In this document: positions 18,145 to 28,021 of the stretch, piece by piece
Layout of the letters: every line of letters starts with the position of its first letter
Position numbering within the stretch: position 1 is the stretch's first letter
DNA from: a bacterium
GTDB lineage: Bacteria; Patescibacteriota; Patescibacteriia; Patescibacteriales; UBA12465
Direction: 5' to 3'
Assembly: GCA_035400585.1 (NCBI GenBank)
Contig: DAOMZR010000001.1
Coordinates: forward strand, 191,347 to 255,346
DNA length: 64,000 nucleotides
The notes under the pieces: model-generated
Seen by the model: the letters and a program-made list of their open reading frames with translations, nothing else
What the model was told of the DNA's origin: nothing
Databases searched by the model: none
Position numbers and translations under genes: made by a program

Positions 18145-19044
18145 ATGGATAGTTTTAAAATCAGTTTAATTTTTGCCTTTTTGGCTATGATTTTTTGGGG
18201 TGTTGGAGATTTTTTAATTCAAAAAACAATTAAGAAAATTGGAGAATTCCAAACTTTATTATTTATTAATCTATTCGCCGGATTAGCACTAATCCCCTTT
18301 GTTTTAAAAGATTTCCCCTTAATTTTTGATTGGCCCAATATTCTGCTATTAATCATAATGACCATAATTGACTTGCTTTATAGTATTTTTTTATTTAAAG
18401 CTTACAACAAGGGAAAATTGTCGGTAATAGAAATTGCTTTAATAGGAGAACTTCCTTTAACAATATTTTTGGGATTAATTTTTTTTGGAGAAAAATTAAG
18501 CTTTATCGAAACTTTTTTAGTTTTACTTATAATCTTGGGAGTATTTTTAATATCCAAAAGTAAAAAAAATTGGAAAGAAAAAATTAAAGAATATTTTTTG
18601 GGGAGAAAATTTGTTTGGGAAAAAGGAATTCTTTTTGTGTTTGTAGCTATTATATTTAGTTCTTTTTATAATTTATTAGTAGCTTTTAATGCAAGGACTA
18701 TCTCAGCTTTTACTTCTATTTGGTTTCCATGGACTCTAAGTTCGATCTTTTTATTAATTTATATTATTTACAAAAAAGGGCTTAAATCTTCTTGTAAAAA
18801 TATTATTAATTATAAAAAATTAATTTTCTTTACTGCTTTAATTGATACCGCTGCCTGGATTTTTTATGCTCTAGCTACACAAAAAGAAGAGCTTTCGATT
18901 ATAACGGCTATAGTTGCTGGATATGCCGTTATTGCTATGATTTTAGACATTAAAATAAACAAACAAAAAATTGGAAATTGGCAATATTTAGGTGCTTTTT
19001 TTGTGTTTGTTGGTGTTATTATTATTAGTTTTATTACTAACTGA
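18145..19044 (+). CDS. EamA/DMT-family transporter
   Basis: Ten-TM pattern in two halves; FFGEKLSFIETFLVLLIILGVFLIS and NWQYLGAFFVFVGVIIIS. Confidence 0.85.
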   Translation: MDSFKISLIFAFLAMIFWGVGDFLIQKTIKKIGEFQTLLFINLFAGLALIPFVLKDFPLIFDWPNILLLIIMTIIDLLYSIFLFKAYNKGKLSVIEIALIGELPLTIFLGLIFFGEKLSFIETFLVLLIILGVFLISKSKKNWKEKIKEYFLGRKFVWEKGILFVFVAIIFSSFYNLLVAFNARTISAFTSIWFPWTLSSIFLLIYIIYKKGLKSSCKNIINYKKLIFFTALIDTAAWIFYALATQKEELSIITAIVAGYAVIAMILDIKINKQKIGNWQYLGAFFVFVGVIIISFITN

Positions 19045-19066
19045 TACCCCCCCCTTCGCTCGCATC

Positions 19067-19092
19067 AAAAAACACCCGAAAGGGTGTTTTTT
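19067..19092. terminator. Hairpin terminator
   Basis: aaaaaacacccgaaagggtgtttttt. Confidence 0.8.
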
Positions 19093-19098
19093 CTCGCT

Positions 19099-19118
19099 CG
19101 CTCGGGGACTAGGATTCG
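19099..19118 (-). repeat. 20-bp copy of the 3' end of the neighbouring tRNA-Gln gene
   Basis: cgctcggggactaggattcg here and again at 19306-19325 (3' end of tRNA-Gln). Confidence 0.85.
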
Positions 19119-19235
19119 GTCACGGTCGCTAAACCTCTTTCTCTCGCTACGCTCAATCACTCGCTAAGCGCCCCGACCCGGCCTCGCCTGTGCTCATTTC
19201 ATTCGCACATGGCTCCGGCTTTCTCATCCTAGACA

Positions 19236-19255
19236 CGAAGTGCGCAGGCACTTCG
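19236..19255. repeat. Perfect GC-rich inverted repeat inside the 19.05-19.3 kb GC-rich island
   Basis: CGAAGTGC-gcag-GCACTTCG. Confidence 0.75.
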
Positions 19256-19272
19256 CTTCCCCTCACTCATTC

Positions 19273-19301
19273 AAAAAATCCAGCTTACGCTGGATTTTTT
19301 T
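19273..19301 (-). terminator. Terminator just downstream of tRNA-Gln
   Basis: aaaaaatccagcttacgctggattttttt. Confidence 0.8.
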
Positions 19302-19307
19302 CATTCG

Positions 19308-19378
19308 CTCGGGGACTAGGATTCGAACCCAGATAAACAGGACCAGAACCTGTTGTCCTACCATTAGACGATCCCCGA
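19308..19378 (-). tRNA. tRNA-Gln (anticodon CTG)
   Basis: Minus strand TCGGGGATCGTCTAATGGTAGGACAACAGGTTCTGGTCCTGTTTATCTGGGTTCGAATCCTAGTCCCCGAG folds as cloverleaf; anticodon loop TTCTGGT; no encoded CCA. Confidence 0.93.
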
Positions 19379-19428
19379 ATAATTTATATAAGAATTTTAT
19401 AACACTAAATTATTTTTTTTTCAAGCAA

Positions 19429-19457
19429 ATAAAAAAGCTCCTTTTTGTAGGAGCTTG
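19429..19457 (-). terminator. Terminator for the 19475..20377 gene
   Basis: Minus strand AAGCTCC...GGAGCTT followed by TTTTTA. Confidence 0.75.
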
Positions 19458-19474
19458 TTAATCTTGTGATTTTA

Positions 19475-20377
19475 TCAATCCGGAATTTTTTTATCATAAC
19501 CGAATCTTTCGATAAAAATATTGGTCATTTTTGACTTGTTTTTATCAGCAAAAAGGTAGAGTATGTTTAAAGCCTTGTCCTTTTCGCTGTTTTTAACCAA
19601 GTACAGAAATCTCTTTTTTAATTCTTCTTGGGTTAATTTTCGTTTTAAAATTTTTAAAACTTTCTCTATTGTAACACAAGAATCTGTTTCTATGGCCGTT
19701 TCTAAAATTAATTCCAATTCCGATCTGCTTAATTTTCTCTCTAAAAAATAAGAAATATCCTTAGCTTTGTCAAAGTCACCCTCTTTTATTGCTTCGGACA
19801 ATTTTTTATTAAGATCATTTTTAATAACCGATCTGTCCGGCAAAAATCGGAAAAATTTTAACATTAACTTGTCGCCAAAATAAGAATCAATTACCTCCCT
19901 GGCCTTTTCTTGTAAAAAACAATCCTCTTCTTCTTTCTTTTTCTTTTTTCTCTTTTCTCCGTCGGATTTTTTCGTTTCATTGTCCTTTTTTATTTCCTCA
20001 ATCCTTTGGAAAATTTTAAAAATTACTTTCAAATTAACTTTTGCTTTTAAATTGTTTTCCAAAATTCTTTTTAAATCACTTTCGGTAAACAATCTTCTTT
20101 TAAGTAAATTTTCAATCCTTTCGGCTGACAAATAGTCATTATTGTCAGAAAAAATAAAAAAATGGCCAAGAAGAAATCCAATCTCTTCTTCTTCTGGCTC
20201 TTCCCCTGTTTTTTCAAAACATTTTAGAAGCGATAAACAATCATCAGAAGAAATAAATTTCTCAATAAGAAGTCCAAGAATACTTTTGTCTTCGTCAATA
20301 TTTAGACTTAGAAGATGCAAGGCTTCGTCTATTTTTCCGTCAGATATCAACTTATCAACAACAACAGATACATCCAT
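19475..20377 (-). CDS. Hypothetical all-helical repeat protein (TPR/PPR-like), highly charged
   Basis: Repeating ~35-aa pattern (LLKRRLFTESDLKRILE / FLERKLSRSELELILETAI / ILKRKLTQEELKKRFL) and poly-charged linker KKSDGEKRKKKKKEEED. Confidence 0.6.
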   Translation of the reverse strand: MDVSVVVDKLISDGKIDEALHLLSLNIDEDKSILGLLIEKFISSDDCLSLLKCFEKTGEEPEEEEIGFLLGHFFIFSDNNDYLSAERIENLLKRRLFTESDLKRILENNLKAKVNLKVIFKIFQRIEEIKKDNETKKSDGEKRKKKKKEEEDCFLQEKAREVIDSYFGDKLMLKFFRFLPDRSVIKNDLNKKLSEAIKEGDFDKAKDISYFLERKLSRSELELILETAIETDSCVTIEKVLKILKRKLTQEELKKRFLYLVKNSEKDKALNILYLFADKNKSKMTNIFIERFGYDKKIPD

Positions 20378-20403
20378 GTGTTTTATATTTTAAGGTTCAT
20401 AAT

Positions 20404-20436
20404 AAAAAAATCCTTTTATTATAAAAGGATTTTTTA
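20404..20436. terminator. Hairpin terminator downstream of lysS
   Basis: aaaaaaatccttttattataaaaggattttttaaa. Confidence 0.75.
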
Positions 20437-20464
20437 AAAAAGTCAATATTAAACTATTATAATT

Positions 20465-21937
20465 CTATAATTCTGCCTTTGGCTTCATTAAAGGAAAAAG
20501 TGTTATTTCTCTAACCGGCTTATCATTTAAGAAAGCAAACAATCTTTCGCCAAAACCAAAGCCACATGTTGGTGGCATACCGTGTTCAAGCATCTCTACA
20601 AATTCCCAATCGGGCATCATTGCTTCTTCATCGCCTCTGTCAATCAATGATTGTTGTTCTTCAAATCTTTTTCTCTGTTCAACTGGATTGTTCAGCTCGC
20701 TATAACCATTGCCAACCTCACTACCAGCTATAATTATTTGAAACCTTTCTGTTAACTCGGGGTTGTCTTCTTTGGATTTAGCCAAAGGAGAGACTAATTT
20801 TGGATGATTTATTAAAAATGCTGGCCCAGCAATATTTTTTCGACAATATTTCCACAAAGTATCCATTAATCTTTCTCTTGTTTTGCCATCATATTTAACT
20901 TTTAACTCTTGTAATTTAGAAGACATTTCATCTTCACTGGCTGTTAAAACATCTATTTTTGTTTGTTTTAATATTTCATTTCTGTAATCTATTTCTGGCC
21001 AATCATTAGCTAAGTCATATTCATAGCCTTTTGTTTTGAATTTTGTTGTACCAAAAACTTGTACAGCTATTTCTCTGTATAATTCTTGTGATATTTTCAT
21101 TCCATCACTATAATTAGCATATGCCCAGTAAAATTCCATATTAGTGAATTCCTGCAAATGATCAGGACTACTGCCTTCATTTCTAAAGACCTTACCAATT
21201 TCAAATGTTTTCTCAAAACCAGCTGCCATTAGTCTTTTTTGCCATAATTCACCCACTGATATTCTTAAATAAACATCCAAATCAAAATCATTATGATGGG
21301 TTTTAAAGGGCCTAGCTTCGGCTCCACCAGTAGTTGTTTCTAAAACAGGAGTTTCTACCTCAAAAAAGCCTTTTTTTATCATAAAATCGCGTGTAACCTG
21401 CCAAAATTTTGATTTTTTAATAAACATTTCCCTTAAATCATCATTAGTAAGCAAATCAAGATATCTTTTTCTTAATCTTTCTTCTTCATCCTTTAAACCG
21501 TGCCATTTTTCCGGTAGTGGCAGTAAAGCCTTGCTTAAAACCTTATATTTTTTAACCAATACGCTATTTTCTCCTTTGTGGGTAATAAAACAAGTTCCAT
21601 CAACCTCCAAAAAGTCAGCCATATCGATTAATTTCACAAAAGATTTATAATCTTCCCCTAATTCATTTTTAGAGAAGGCTAATTGAATTTCACCAGAAGC
21701 GTCCTTCAGATTAGCAAAGCTCAAATTTCCATGAGTTCTTAAGCCAATTATTCTTCCAGCTAAAATAATATTTTCTTTTTTTGACTCTAAGTTTGTAAAA
21801 TCAGATAAAACACCAGCTACACTGTGAGTTCTGGAAGTTTTACTAGGATAAGGATTGTTATTTTCTGAAATCTTATTCAGCTTTGATTCCCTTTCCATTC
21901 TTTCATTATTTGGATTGGAAATTGTTTTATTTTCCAT
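20465..21937 (-). CDS. lysS: Lysine--tRNA ligase (class II)
   Basis: RKRYLDLLTN, FEVETPVLETTTGGAEARPFKTHHN, EIGKVFRNEGSSPDHLQEFTNMEFYWAY, PPTCGFGFGERLFAFL. Confidence 0.95.
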   Translation of the reverse strand: MENKTISNPNNERMERESKLNKISENNNPYPSKTSRTHSVAGVLSDFTNLESKKENIILAGRIIGLRTHGNLSFANLKDASGEIQLAFSKNELGEDYKSFVKLIDMADFLEVDGTCFITHKGENSVLVKKYKVLSKALLPLPEKWHGLKDEEERLRKRYLDLLTNDDLREMFIKKSKFWQVTRDFMIKKGFFEVETPVLETTTGGAEARPFKTHHNDFDLDVYLRISVGELWQKRLMAAGFEKTFEIGKVFRNEGSSPDHLQEFTNMEFYWAYANYSDGMKISQELYREIAVQVFGTTKFKTKGYEYDLANDWPEIDYRNEILKQTKIDVLTASEDEMSSKLQELKVKYDGKTRERLMDTLWKYCRKNIAGPAFLINHPKLVSPLAKSKEDNPELTERFQIIIAGSEVGNGYSELNNPVEQRKRFEEQQSLIDRGDEEAMMPDWEFVEMLEHGMPPTCGFGFGERLFAFLNDKPVREITLFPLMKPKAEL

Positions 21938-21938
21938 A

Positions 21939-22400
21939 TTATTTTACATCAAGAATTTTATATTTAAATTCGCCTCTTGGTGTTTCCACCACAACTTCAT
22001 CTCCTTTTTTCTTTCCTAAAAAAGCCATGCCAATTGGCGATTCATTTGATATTTTACCGTTTAAAGGATCGGCTTCATTAAAACTAACAATAATAAACTC
22101 TTTTTCTTTTTTATCGCAGGAAACTTTAATATGAGATCCCATGTCAATTTTACCACCGCTAGATTTAATTGACTCAACTACAGTTACATTTTTTAAAATG
22201 TTAGTTAATTCCAAAATTCTTCCTTCATTTAAAGCCTGAGCATCTTTGGCCTCGCTGTATTCAGCGTTTTCACTCAAATCACCCAATTCCTTAGCTCTTT
22301 CAATCCTTTCGGCTATTTCCTTTCTTCTGGTTGTGCTAAGTAAGTCTAACTCCTCCTTAAGCTTGTTATAACCCTCTTGCGTTATAATTTGATTCTCCAT
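21939..22400 (-). CDS. greA: Transcription elongation factor GreA
   Basis: LSTTRRKEIAERIERAKELGDLSENAEYSEAKDAQ; SPIGMAFLGKKKGDEVVVETPRGEFKYKI. Confidence 0.95.
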   Translation of the reverse strand: MENQIITQEGYNKLKEELDLLSTTRRKEIAERIERAKELGDLSENAEYSEAKDAQALNEGRILELTNILKNVTVVESIKSSGGKIDMGSHIKVSCDKKEKEFIIVSFNEADPLNGKISNESPIGMAFLGKKKGDEVVVETPRGEFKYKILDVK

Positions 22401-22469
22401 ATTTTTTTAAAATTGTTTAAAAATAAGCTTTTAAAATATATCAATTTTTTAAGAATAATGCAAATAAAG

Positions 22470-23090
22470 CTACAAAAACAAGGTAATTAAATAAATTATA
22501 AATAAATGCACCGGATAAAAGGAGTATTGTAAATATCTGTTTATTTTAAAATCTAAATGTTTGAAATAATAAATTATAAAAAAAGATGGAATAGCAAAAA
22601 TTTGCAATACAGAAGTGGGTAAAAACAAAACTCTGACTATTGTTAAAACAGACTGAGCTGGAATTAATAAAATGTTATTTTTAAAAACATGAAAAAATAG
22701 TATCATTACAACTCCATAAAGACCGTAATCAATAGAAACAAAAAAAGGAATCAGAAAAACCAATATTAGCAAAAAATAACTTAAATATTTATTCTTTAAA
22801 CAATTTTCATAAAGACATATAGCTATCAGTCCCAAAAAAAGACTAAAACAAATATTTAAAACCTCCTTATCAATTACTAAATAAAAAAAGGGCTGAGAAA
22901 TAAAAGCCAAAAACAATAATCTCTGGCCATATTTTTTAACATCCCTTGTTCTAGAGTAACCGTTAGCTATTCCCCAGGCAAATATTGGAAAAGACAGCCT
23001 TCCAATTATCCTTAATATAATTAAATCAGGGAAAAAAACCAAACCAATATGATCAATCACCATCGCTACTATAGCTATTATTTTTAACAT
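22470..23090 (-). CDS. TraX-family membrane protein
   Basis: MLKIIAIVAMVIDHIGLVFFPDLIILRIIGRLSFPIFAWGIANGYSRTRD; C-term QYSFYPVHLFIIYLI. Confidence 0.85.
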   Translation of the reverse strand: MLKIIAIVAMVIDHIGLVFFPDLIILRIIGRLSFPIFAWGIANGYSRTRDVKKYGQRLLFLAFISQPFFYLVIDKEVLNICFSLFLGLIAICLYENCLKNKYLSYFLLILVFLIPFFVSIDYGLYGVVMILFFHVFKNNILLIPAQSVLTIVRVLFLPTSVLQIFAIPSFFIIYYFKHLDFKINRYLQYSFYPVHLFIIYLITLFL

Positions 23091-23093
23091 AAA

Positions 23094-24611
23094 TTATTTT
23101 GTGTCTTGTTGTAATTTATTTAGATAATCAAAAAATAAAATTAACAAAATCAAAAAAGATATCCCCAGAGGATGATTAAGATAAGGTGTAAAAAAATTAA
23201 CGGCACTCAGGCCTAGTATAGACAGAAATATTGATAAATAAAAATAATTATTTTTATTAAAATATGACAATAGGGTTTTTTTAGAAAACAAGAAAATTAA
23301 CCACAAATAAACTGAAAAACCAACTATTCCCATCTTTAATAATATATCCAACCAACCCCATTCAAAGGCATAGGTTGAATATTTACCATCTGGGCTACTT
23401 TGCAAAACCCTTGGATCACTAGATATATATTCTATTCTAGCACCAAAACCTCTTCCCAATAAAAAATTAGATTGAATATCATTTTTCATAGAATCAAGTA
23501 ATGCCCAACGAGATGATATTGCTGATTCATTAGAAGTAACGTTTGCTCGATCAGAAAGTGACTCTATGTTAAAAGTTCCCCCTGGTTTTGGCCAAGGAAA
23601 TTTAACAGTAATAAATATTAATAAAACAGAAAAAACCAACGACAAAAAACCATAGAAAATAGTTTTCAAACTCGTTTTAAAATCAAATTTATACCAAACA
23701 ATCAAAAGTAAAGATAAAAAAACCAAAACTAATCCAACCCAAAAACTTCTCGAAAAACTCAAAACAATAACAGACAAAAACAAAGAAGAAATTAAAAATA
23801 AAGAAACTTTTTTTCCTTTTCCCTTTTCAAATAAAAACAAAACAAAACTAAAACAAAAGCCCAGAAAAAGAAAAATTTGATTTTGAAAAAAAACACGATA
23901 AAAGCCATTGCCCATGTTAGTAATCTCACCCAAGGCATACACTCTGGTCCAAGAATAAAGATCGGAAATAATTGGCCTTAAATCATGTGAAAACAAAAAT
24001 AAGAATAATAAAGATTTAAATAAGGTATACAAACTGATTGAAAAGAATATTAAAATTAAATTTTTCCAAAAGATTTCTTTTTCTTCTTTGTTTAATTGAT
24101 AAATAGTATAGAAAATTGGCAATATTGCTATAAAATAAAACCAGGAATTAAAATCAAAAAAAGAATCGGAAAAACCATTTCTCACTAAACCAAAAGCAAA
24201 AGAAAACAAAAGAAAAAAAGATAAATATAAAAGATTCCTGCCAAAAACTAAGTTTTTAAATATACCCAAAACCTTTTTTCTGTCTTTAAAAAAATCAATT
24301 AACAATTTAGTTAAGAAAATGGCCATCAAAAGTAACCACAAAGATATTCTTAAAGAGATTTTAAAACCAGAATTCTCAAAATAAAATAAATAACCCATTG
24401 AATTTAAGAAAACTTCGGCCAAAAACAAATAGATGCTTAATTTAAAGTCATAAAAACTAATAAACAAAAAAGACAAAAGTATTAAAAAGAAAAAAATATA
24501 ATTTATAATTTCAAAATTAAAAGAGATAAATGATATCATCTCAATCAAAAGAGAAAACAAAAATATAAAAAATATTTTATTTTTATTATTATTTAGAGCA
24601 AAATTAAACAT
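23094..24611 (-). CDS. O-antigen ligase (WaaL/RfaL-like) family membrane protein
   Basis: Poly-TM; FSRSFWVGLVLVFLSLLLIVW and LLGRGFGARIEY...EWGWLDILLKMGIVGFSVYLWLI. Confidence 0.8.
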   Translation of the reverse strand: MFNFALNNNKNKIFFIFLFSLLIEMISFISFNFEIINYIFFFLILLSFLFISFYDFKLSIYLFLAEVFLNSMGYLFYFENSGFKISLRISLWLLLMAIFLTKLLIDFFKDRKKVLGIFKNLVFGRNLLYLSFFLLFSFAFGLVRNGFSDSFFDFNSWFYFIAILPIFYTIYQLNKEEKEIFWKNLILIFFSISLYTLFKSLLFLFLFSHDLRPIISDLYSWTRVYALGEITNMGNGFYRVFFQNQIFLFLGFCFSFVLFLFEKGKGKKVSLFLISSLFLSVIVLSFSRSFWVGLVLVFLSLLLIVWYKFDFKTSLKTIFYGFLSLVFSVLLIFITVKFPWPKPGGTFNIESLSDRANVTSNESAISSRWALLDSMKNDIQSNFLLGRGFGARIEYISSDPRVLQSSPDGKYSTYAFEWGWLDILLKMGIVGFSVYLWLIFLFSKKTLLSYFNKNNYFYLSIFLSILGLSAVNFFTPYLNHPLGISFLILLILFFDYLNKLQQDTK

Positions 24612-24612
24612 T

Positions 24613-25308
24613 TTAATTCAAATTATGTTTATCTTTTATTATTTTTAAAGCTCGATTATATTTTTTAACTGATGGTAAAAAAGGAAAAGCTTTGTAGGCA
24701 AAAGCTGGCAACCAGGACGATATAGTTCCGCCTGGCTTTATTTTAAATAAAGCTTCGTCTATAAAAAAACCTTGATGTCCATTTTCTAGCATAGTCAACC
24801 ACAAATCCCAGTCTTGTAATTTTTTAACACTTTCATCCCAGCCAGGAAAAGCATTCCTTCTAATAAGCGACATTGTATGAATATATGGCATTTTTTGTAG
24901 TTTTTCGGCATCAAATGGCCAAAGTTTAAACAACTTTTTTCCCCAATAAAAAGAAGAATAAGTATAAGCAACCTCTTGGTTGGATTCTAAAACTTGAACC
25001 ATTTTTTCTAAGGTATCATTCTTTAAAACGGCATCGGCATCACAAAAAAATAAATACTCACCACGAGATTCTTTAAATCCCTTATTTCGAGCAGCTGGTG
25101 CCCCTTTGTTTTCTTGATTAATAAAATAATAATTATTTTCCACCTTAAAACTTTCCAAAAATTTTTCAAAGACAGAACGAGTATTATCTCTTGAGCCATC
25201 ATTAACTATTATAACCTCAAAATCACGATAAGTTTGAGATTCAATACTTTTTACAGTATTAATAATTGTTTTTTCACCATTATAAACAGGAATAATTATT
25301 GATATCAT
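24613..25308 (-). CDS. Glycosyltransferase family 2
   Basis: MISIIIPVYNGEKTIINTVKSIESQTYRDFEVIIVNDGSRDNT, GAPAARNKGFKESRGEYLFFCDADAVL. Confidence 0.92.
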   Translation of the reverse strand: MISIIIPVYNGEKTIINTVKSIESQTYRDFEVIIVNDGSRDNTRSVFEKFLESFKVENNYYFINQENKGAPAARNKGFKESRGEYLFFCDADAVLKNDTLEKMVQVLESNQEVAYTYSSFYWGKKLFKLWPFDAEKLQKMPYIHTMSLIRRNAFPGWDESVKKLQDWDLWLTMLENGHQGFFIDEALFKIKPGGTISSWLPAFAYKAFPFLPSVKKYNRALKIIKDKHNLN

Positions 25309-25315
25309 TTTATTT

Positions 25316-26416
25316 TTACTTTAAAAAATTATAAATCTTTTCTACTTGATTTTTCCAAACAAAATTAGCAAGAGTTCTTTTTTTACCGTTTTCGCCCAAT
25401 CTATTACATAAATCTGGATCATTTAATAACTTTAGTATTGCCTGCGAAATTTCTTCTTCTGATTCAGGGTCAACCATTAGACCACTAATACTGTCAGCCA
25501 CAGCATCTGTGATTCCGCCACTTTTGCCAGCAATCACTGGTTTTGAAAGCAAACTAGCCTCCAAAAAAACTATTCCAAAACCCTCAAAATCGCCAGCAAC
25601 ATTTCTGGCTGGCATAATAAAAATATCAGATAAAGATAAAAAAGTCCATTTCTCTTCTTCACTTATTTCACCAACAAAAATTATTTTTTCAGAAAAATTA
25701 TCACCAAAAATATTTTTAGCTATTTTTTTTAAATACTCTTCATCTGGACCATTGCCAGCAATAATATATTTAAGATCTTCATCAAATAAAGGGCTGGAAT
25801 CAAAAACTTTTTTTAAAGATAAAATTGTATAATCAAAACCCTTCCTTTTGACTAATCTTCCCAAACTAAAAAGTATTTTCTTGTTGGATAAATTATATTT
25901 GGAAATCAATTCCTCTTTTTTTTGTTCATTATTAAAATTAAAATTATTTACTCCGGGATTAACAATAATTAATTTTGATCTATCCTGATTATAAATATTA
26001 ATTAGCATTTCACAAACAAAAGAATTAGCACAAATTATTTTACTAGATCTATTAATAATCATTTTGCTTAGAAATTTTTTCCAAATGTTTTTAGAACAAA
26101 AAGAAAGATCCATTCCATGGAAAAAAATAGAATATTTTATCTTTAGAAAAAAAGATAAAATAAAAACTACAGTTCCCAGCGGTAAAATTTGTCCAACCAA
26201 AATATTATCTATTTTATTTTTTTTAACTTCTTTAAAAACGACCTTAATAGCTGGTAACCACTTCAAAAAACCATTTTTTCTAATCAATCTATTGTGGTTA
26301 TTATCTATAACCGTTATTTCCGAGGATTTTGGCCAATGATAAATCATGTTGGTGTAATAATTAGCCACACCACCCTTGAAAGGAAAATATTCTGTTGTTA
26401 CCAATAAAAATTTCAT
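25316..26416 (-). CDS. Glycosyltransferase family 4
   Basis: FPFKGGVANYYTNM, LFSLGRLVKRKGFDYTI, PARNVAGDFEGFGIVFLEASLLSKPVIAGKSGG. Confidence 0.92.
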   Translation of the reverse strand: MKFLLVTTEYFPFKGGVANYYTNMIYHWPKSSEITVIDNNHNRLIRKNGFLKWLPAIKVVFKEVKKNKIDNILVGQILPLGTVVFILSFFLKIKYSIFFHGMDLSFCSKNIWKKFLSKMIINRSSKIICANSFVCEMLINIYNQDRSKLIIVNPGVNNFNFNNEQKKEELISKYNLSNKKILFSLGRLVKRKGFDYTILSLKKVFDSSPLFDEDLKYIIAGNGPDEEYLKKIAKNIFGDNFSEKIIFVGEISEEEKWTFLSLSDIFIMPARNVAGDFEGFGIVFLEASLLSKPVIAGKSGGITDAVADSISGLMVDPESEEEISQAILKLLNDPDLCNRLGENGKKRTLANFVWKNQVEKIYNFLK

Positions 26417-26419
26417 AAC

Positions 26420-27874
26420 TTATTTTTTTGAAAGTTTAAATGAATTTATAAGATATAATATTTCATCTTTTTTAAATCCACCAGAAAAAAATAATAACAA
26501 AAAATAAATAATAGCTGCTAAAAAACAAAGCAAAAAAATATTCAAATAATCAACTAAAACAAACACAAAAACGCCCATTAAAACCGAAGAAAACAAAATT
26601 TTGGAAAAAACCAACAAATTATCCTTTAATTTGTAATTAATTATTTTTTTAACCTCAAAAATTCCCAAAATAAACATTAAAAAATTACTAAGCAAAACAA
26701 CCAAAGAGGCTCCAACAACTTTAAATTGAGGGATCAATAAAAAATTTAAAACAATTGAAAACACCAAAACAATCAACATGTTTCTGGTGTTTACAGATTG
26801 TCGATCACAGGCGTTAAGTAGTGATCCTATTGGAAAATTTAAAAAAATAAATATTAGTGAAACTATTGAAATTTTAAGGGGTAAATTAGCTTCAGTATAT
26901 CCATCTTTGAAAATCGTGATGATTTGATCCGACAGTAAAAATATTCCCAAGGATATCGGAATAGAAATCAAAAGTAAATAATCAATTGAACGACGAAAAG
27001 TTGTTTTTAATTGTTCCCTATTATTCTTCCAATAATAACTCATAGCCGGATAAAGAGAGGCTGTAAAGGCCATGGGCAGAAACTGCAAGGCAAATATTAT
27101 TTTGAAAGATACTTGATATATGCCAACAAAATAATCACCAGAAAAAAAAGAAAGCAAAACTGAATCTAGATAAGTATAAAGTCTCTGAAATATTCCAAAC
27201 AAAGCAAAAGGCAGGCTTGATAAAATTATTTTTTTTATAAAAGCAAAATCAAAACAAATTTTAATTGGTAATTTTATTTTATATTTTAATATGAGAAAAG
27301 AATAAATAAAATTAAAAATACTAGCCAAAACCAGCGAAGACATAATTATTTTTAAATCCATTTTTAAATAGATAAAAAAATAACCAAAACACAAAACTAT
27401 TAGTTGAAAAATAACCGAGGAAATGCTTTCAAATTTAAGATTATGGAAGCCACGAGCTGAACCAAAAAAGGTTAAAGTAAAAGAATCAAGAATCATGCAA
27501 ACGGAAGATATATAAACTAATTGTTTGCTTAAAATATCATAATTACCTAAAATATTGATAAACAATACAACAGCCAATAAAGTCAGAAAGCTAAAGATAA
27601 TTTTCATCCCTAAAATATTTGACAACAACCTATTAGCCCCACTTTGATCCTTGGCTGTCTCTCTAGTTAGATAGTTTACCAATCCAAAATCAATAAAAAT
27701 AGCAAAAATAGTGGTAAAAGAAATAGCAAAATAATATTTACCCAAAAATTCGGGATCTAAATTTCTAGCCAGTATAACAAAATACAAAAAAGAAATAACT
27801 TTTTGAATTACTAAGGCCAGTGTCAAATAAGAGGTGTTTTTTGCTATATTTTTTATTTTATTATCATTTTCCAT
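26420..27874 (-). CDS. Polysaccharide flippase (Wzx-like, MOP superfamily); start moved to internal ATG at 27874
   Basis: MENDNKIKNIAKNTSYLTLALVIQKVISFLYFVILARNLDPEFLGKYYFAISF; multi-TM; start context TATTATG. Confidence 0.88.
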   Translation of the reverse strand: MENDNKIKNIAKNTSYLTLALVIQKVISFLYFVILARNLDPEFLGKYYFAISFTTIFAIFIDFGLVNYLTRETAKDQSGANRLLSNILGMKIIFSFLTLLAVVLFINILGNYDILSKQLVYISSVCMILDSFTLTFFGSARGFHNLKFESISSVIFQLIVLCFGYFFIYLKMDLKIIMSSLVLASIFNFIYSFLILKYKIKLPIKICFDFAFIKKIILSSLPFALFGIFQRLYTYLDSVLLSFFSGDYFVGIYQVSFKIIFALQFLPMAFTASLYPAMSYYWKNNREQLKTTFRRSIDYLLLISIPISLGIFLLSDQIITIFKDGYTEANLPLKISIVSLIFIFLNFPIGSLLNACDRQSVNTRNMLIVLVFSIVLNFLLIPQFKVVGASLVVLLSNFLMFILGIFEVKKIINYKLKDNLLVFSKILFSSVLMGVFVFVLVDYLNIFLLCFLAAIIYFLLLFFSGGFKKDEILYLINSFKLSKK

Positions 27875-28021
27875 AATATAATCAATTATAACACAAAAAA
27901 AGGCAAAAACAAACAAATTTATGATAAATTTAAGAAGAATTTATCTAAACTATTCTAGAATAATTAAAATTAAAATTAAAAACATCAATCTAATATCAAT
28001 ATTTTATTGATGTTAAAAATT

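Noticed and set aside
19240-19461. 73-aa plus-strand ORF
   Set aside because: Reads across the antisense of tRNA-Gln, a terminator and the GC-rich island; no protein-like composition.
22470-27874. TraX-like gene considered as evidence for a conjugative element
   Set aside because: TraX-like proteins are widespread chromosomal membrane proteins; neighbours are surface-polysaccharide genes and no Tra/Mob genes are present.
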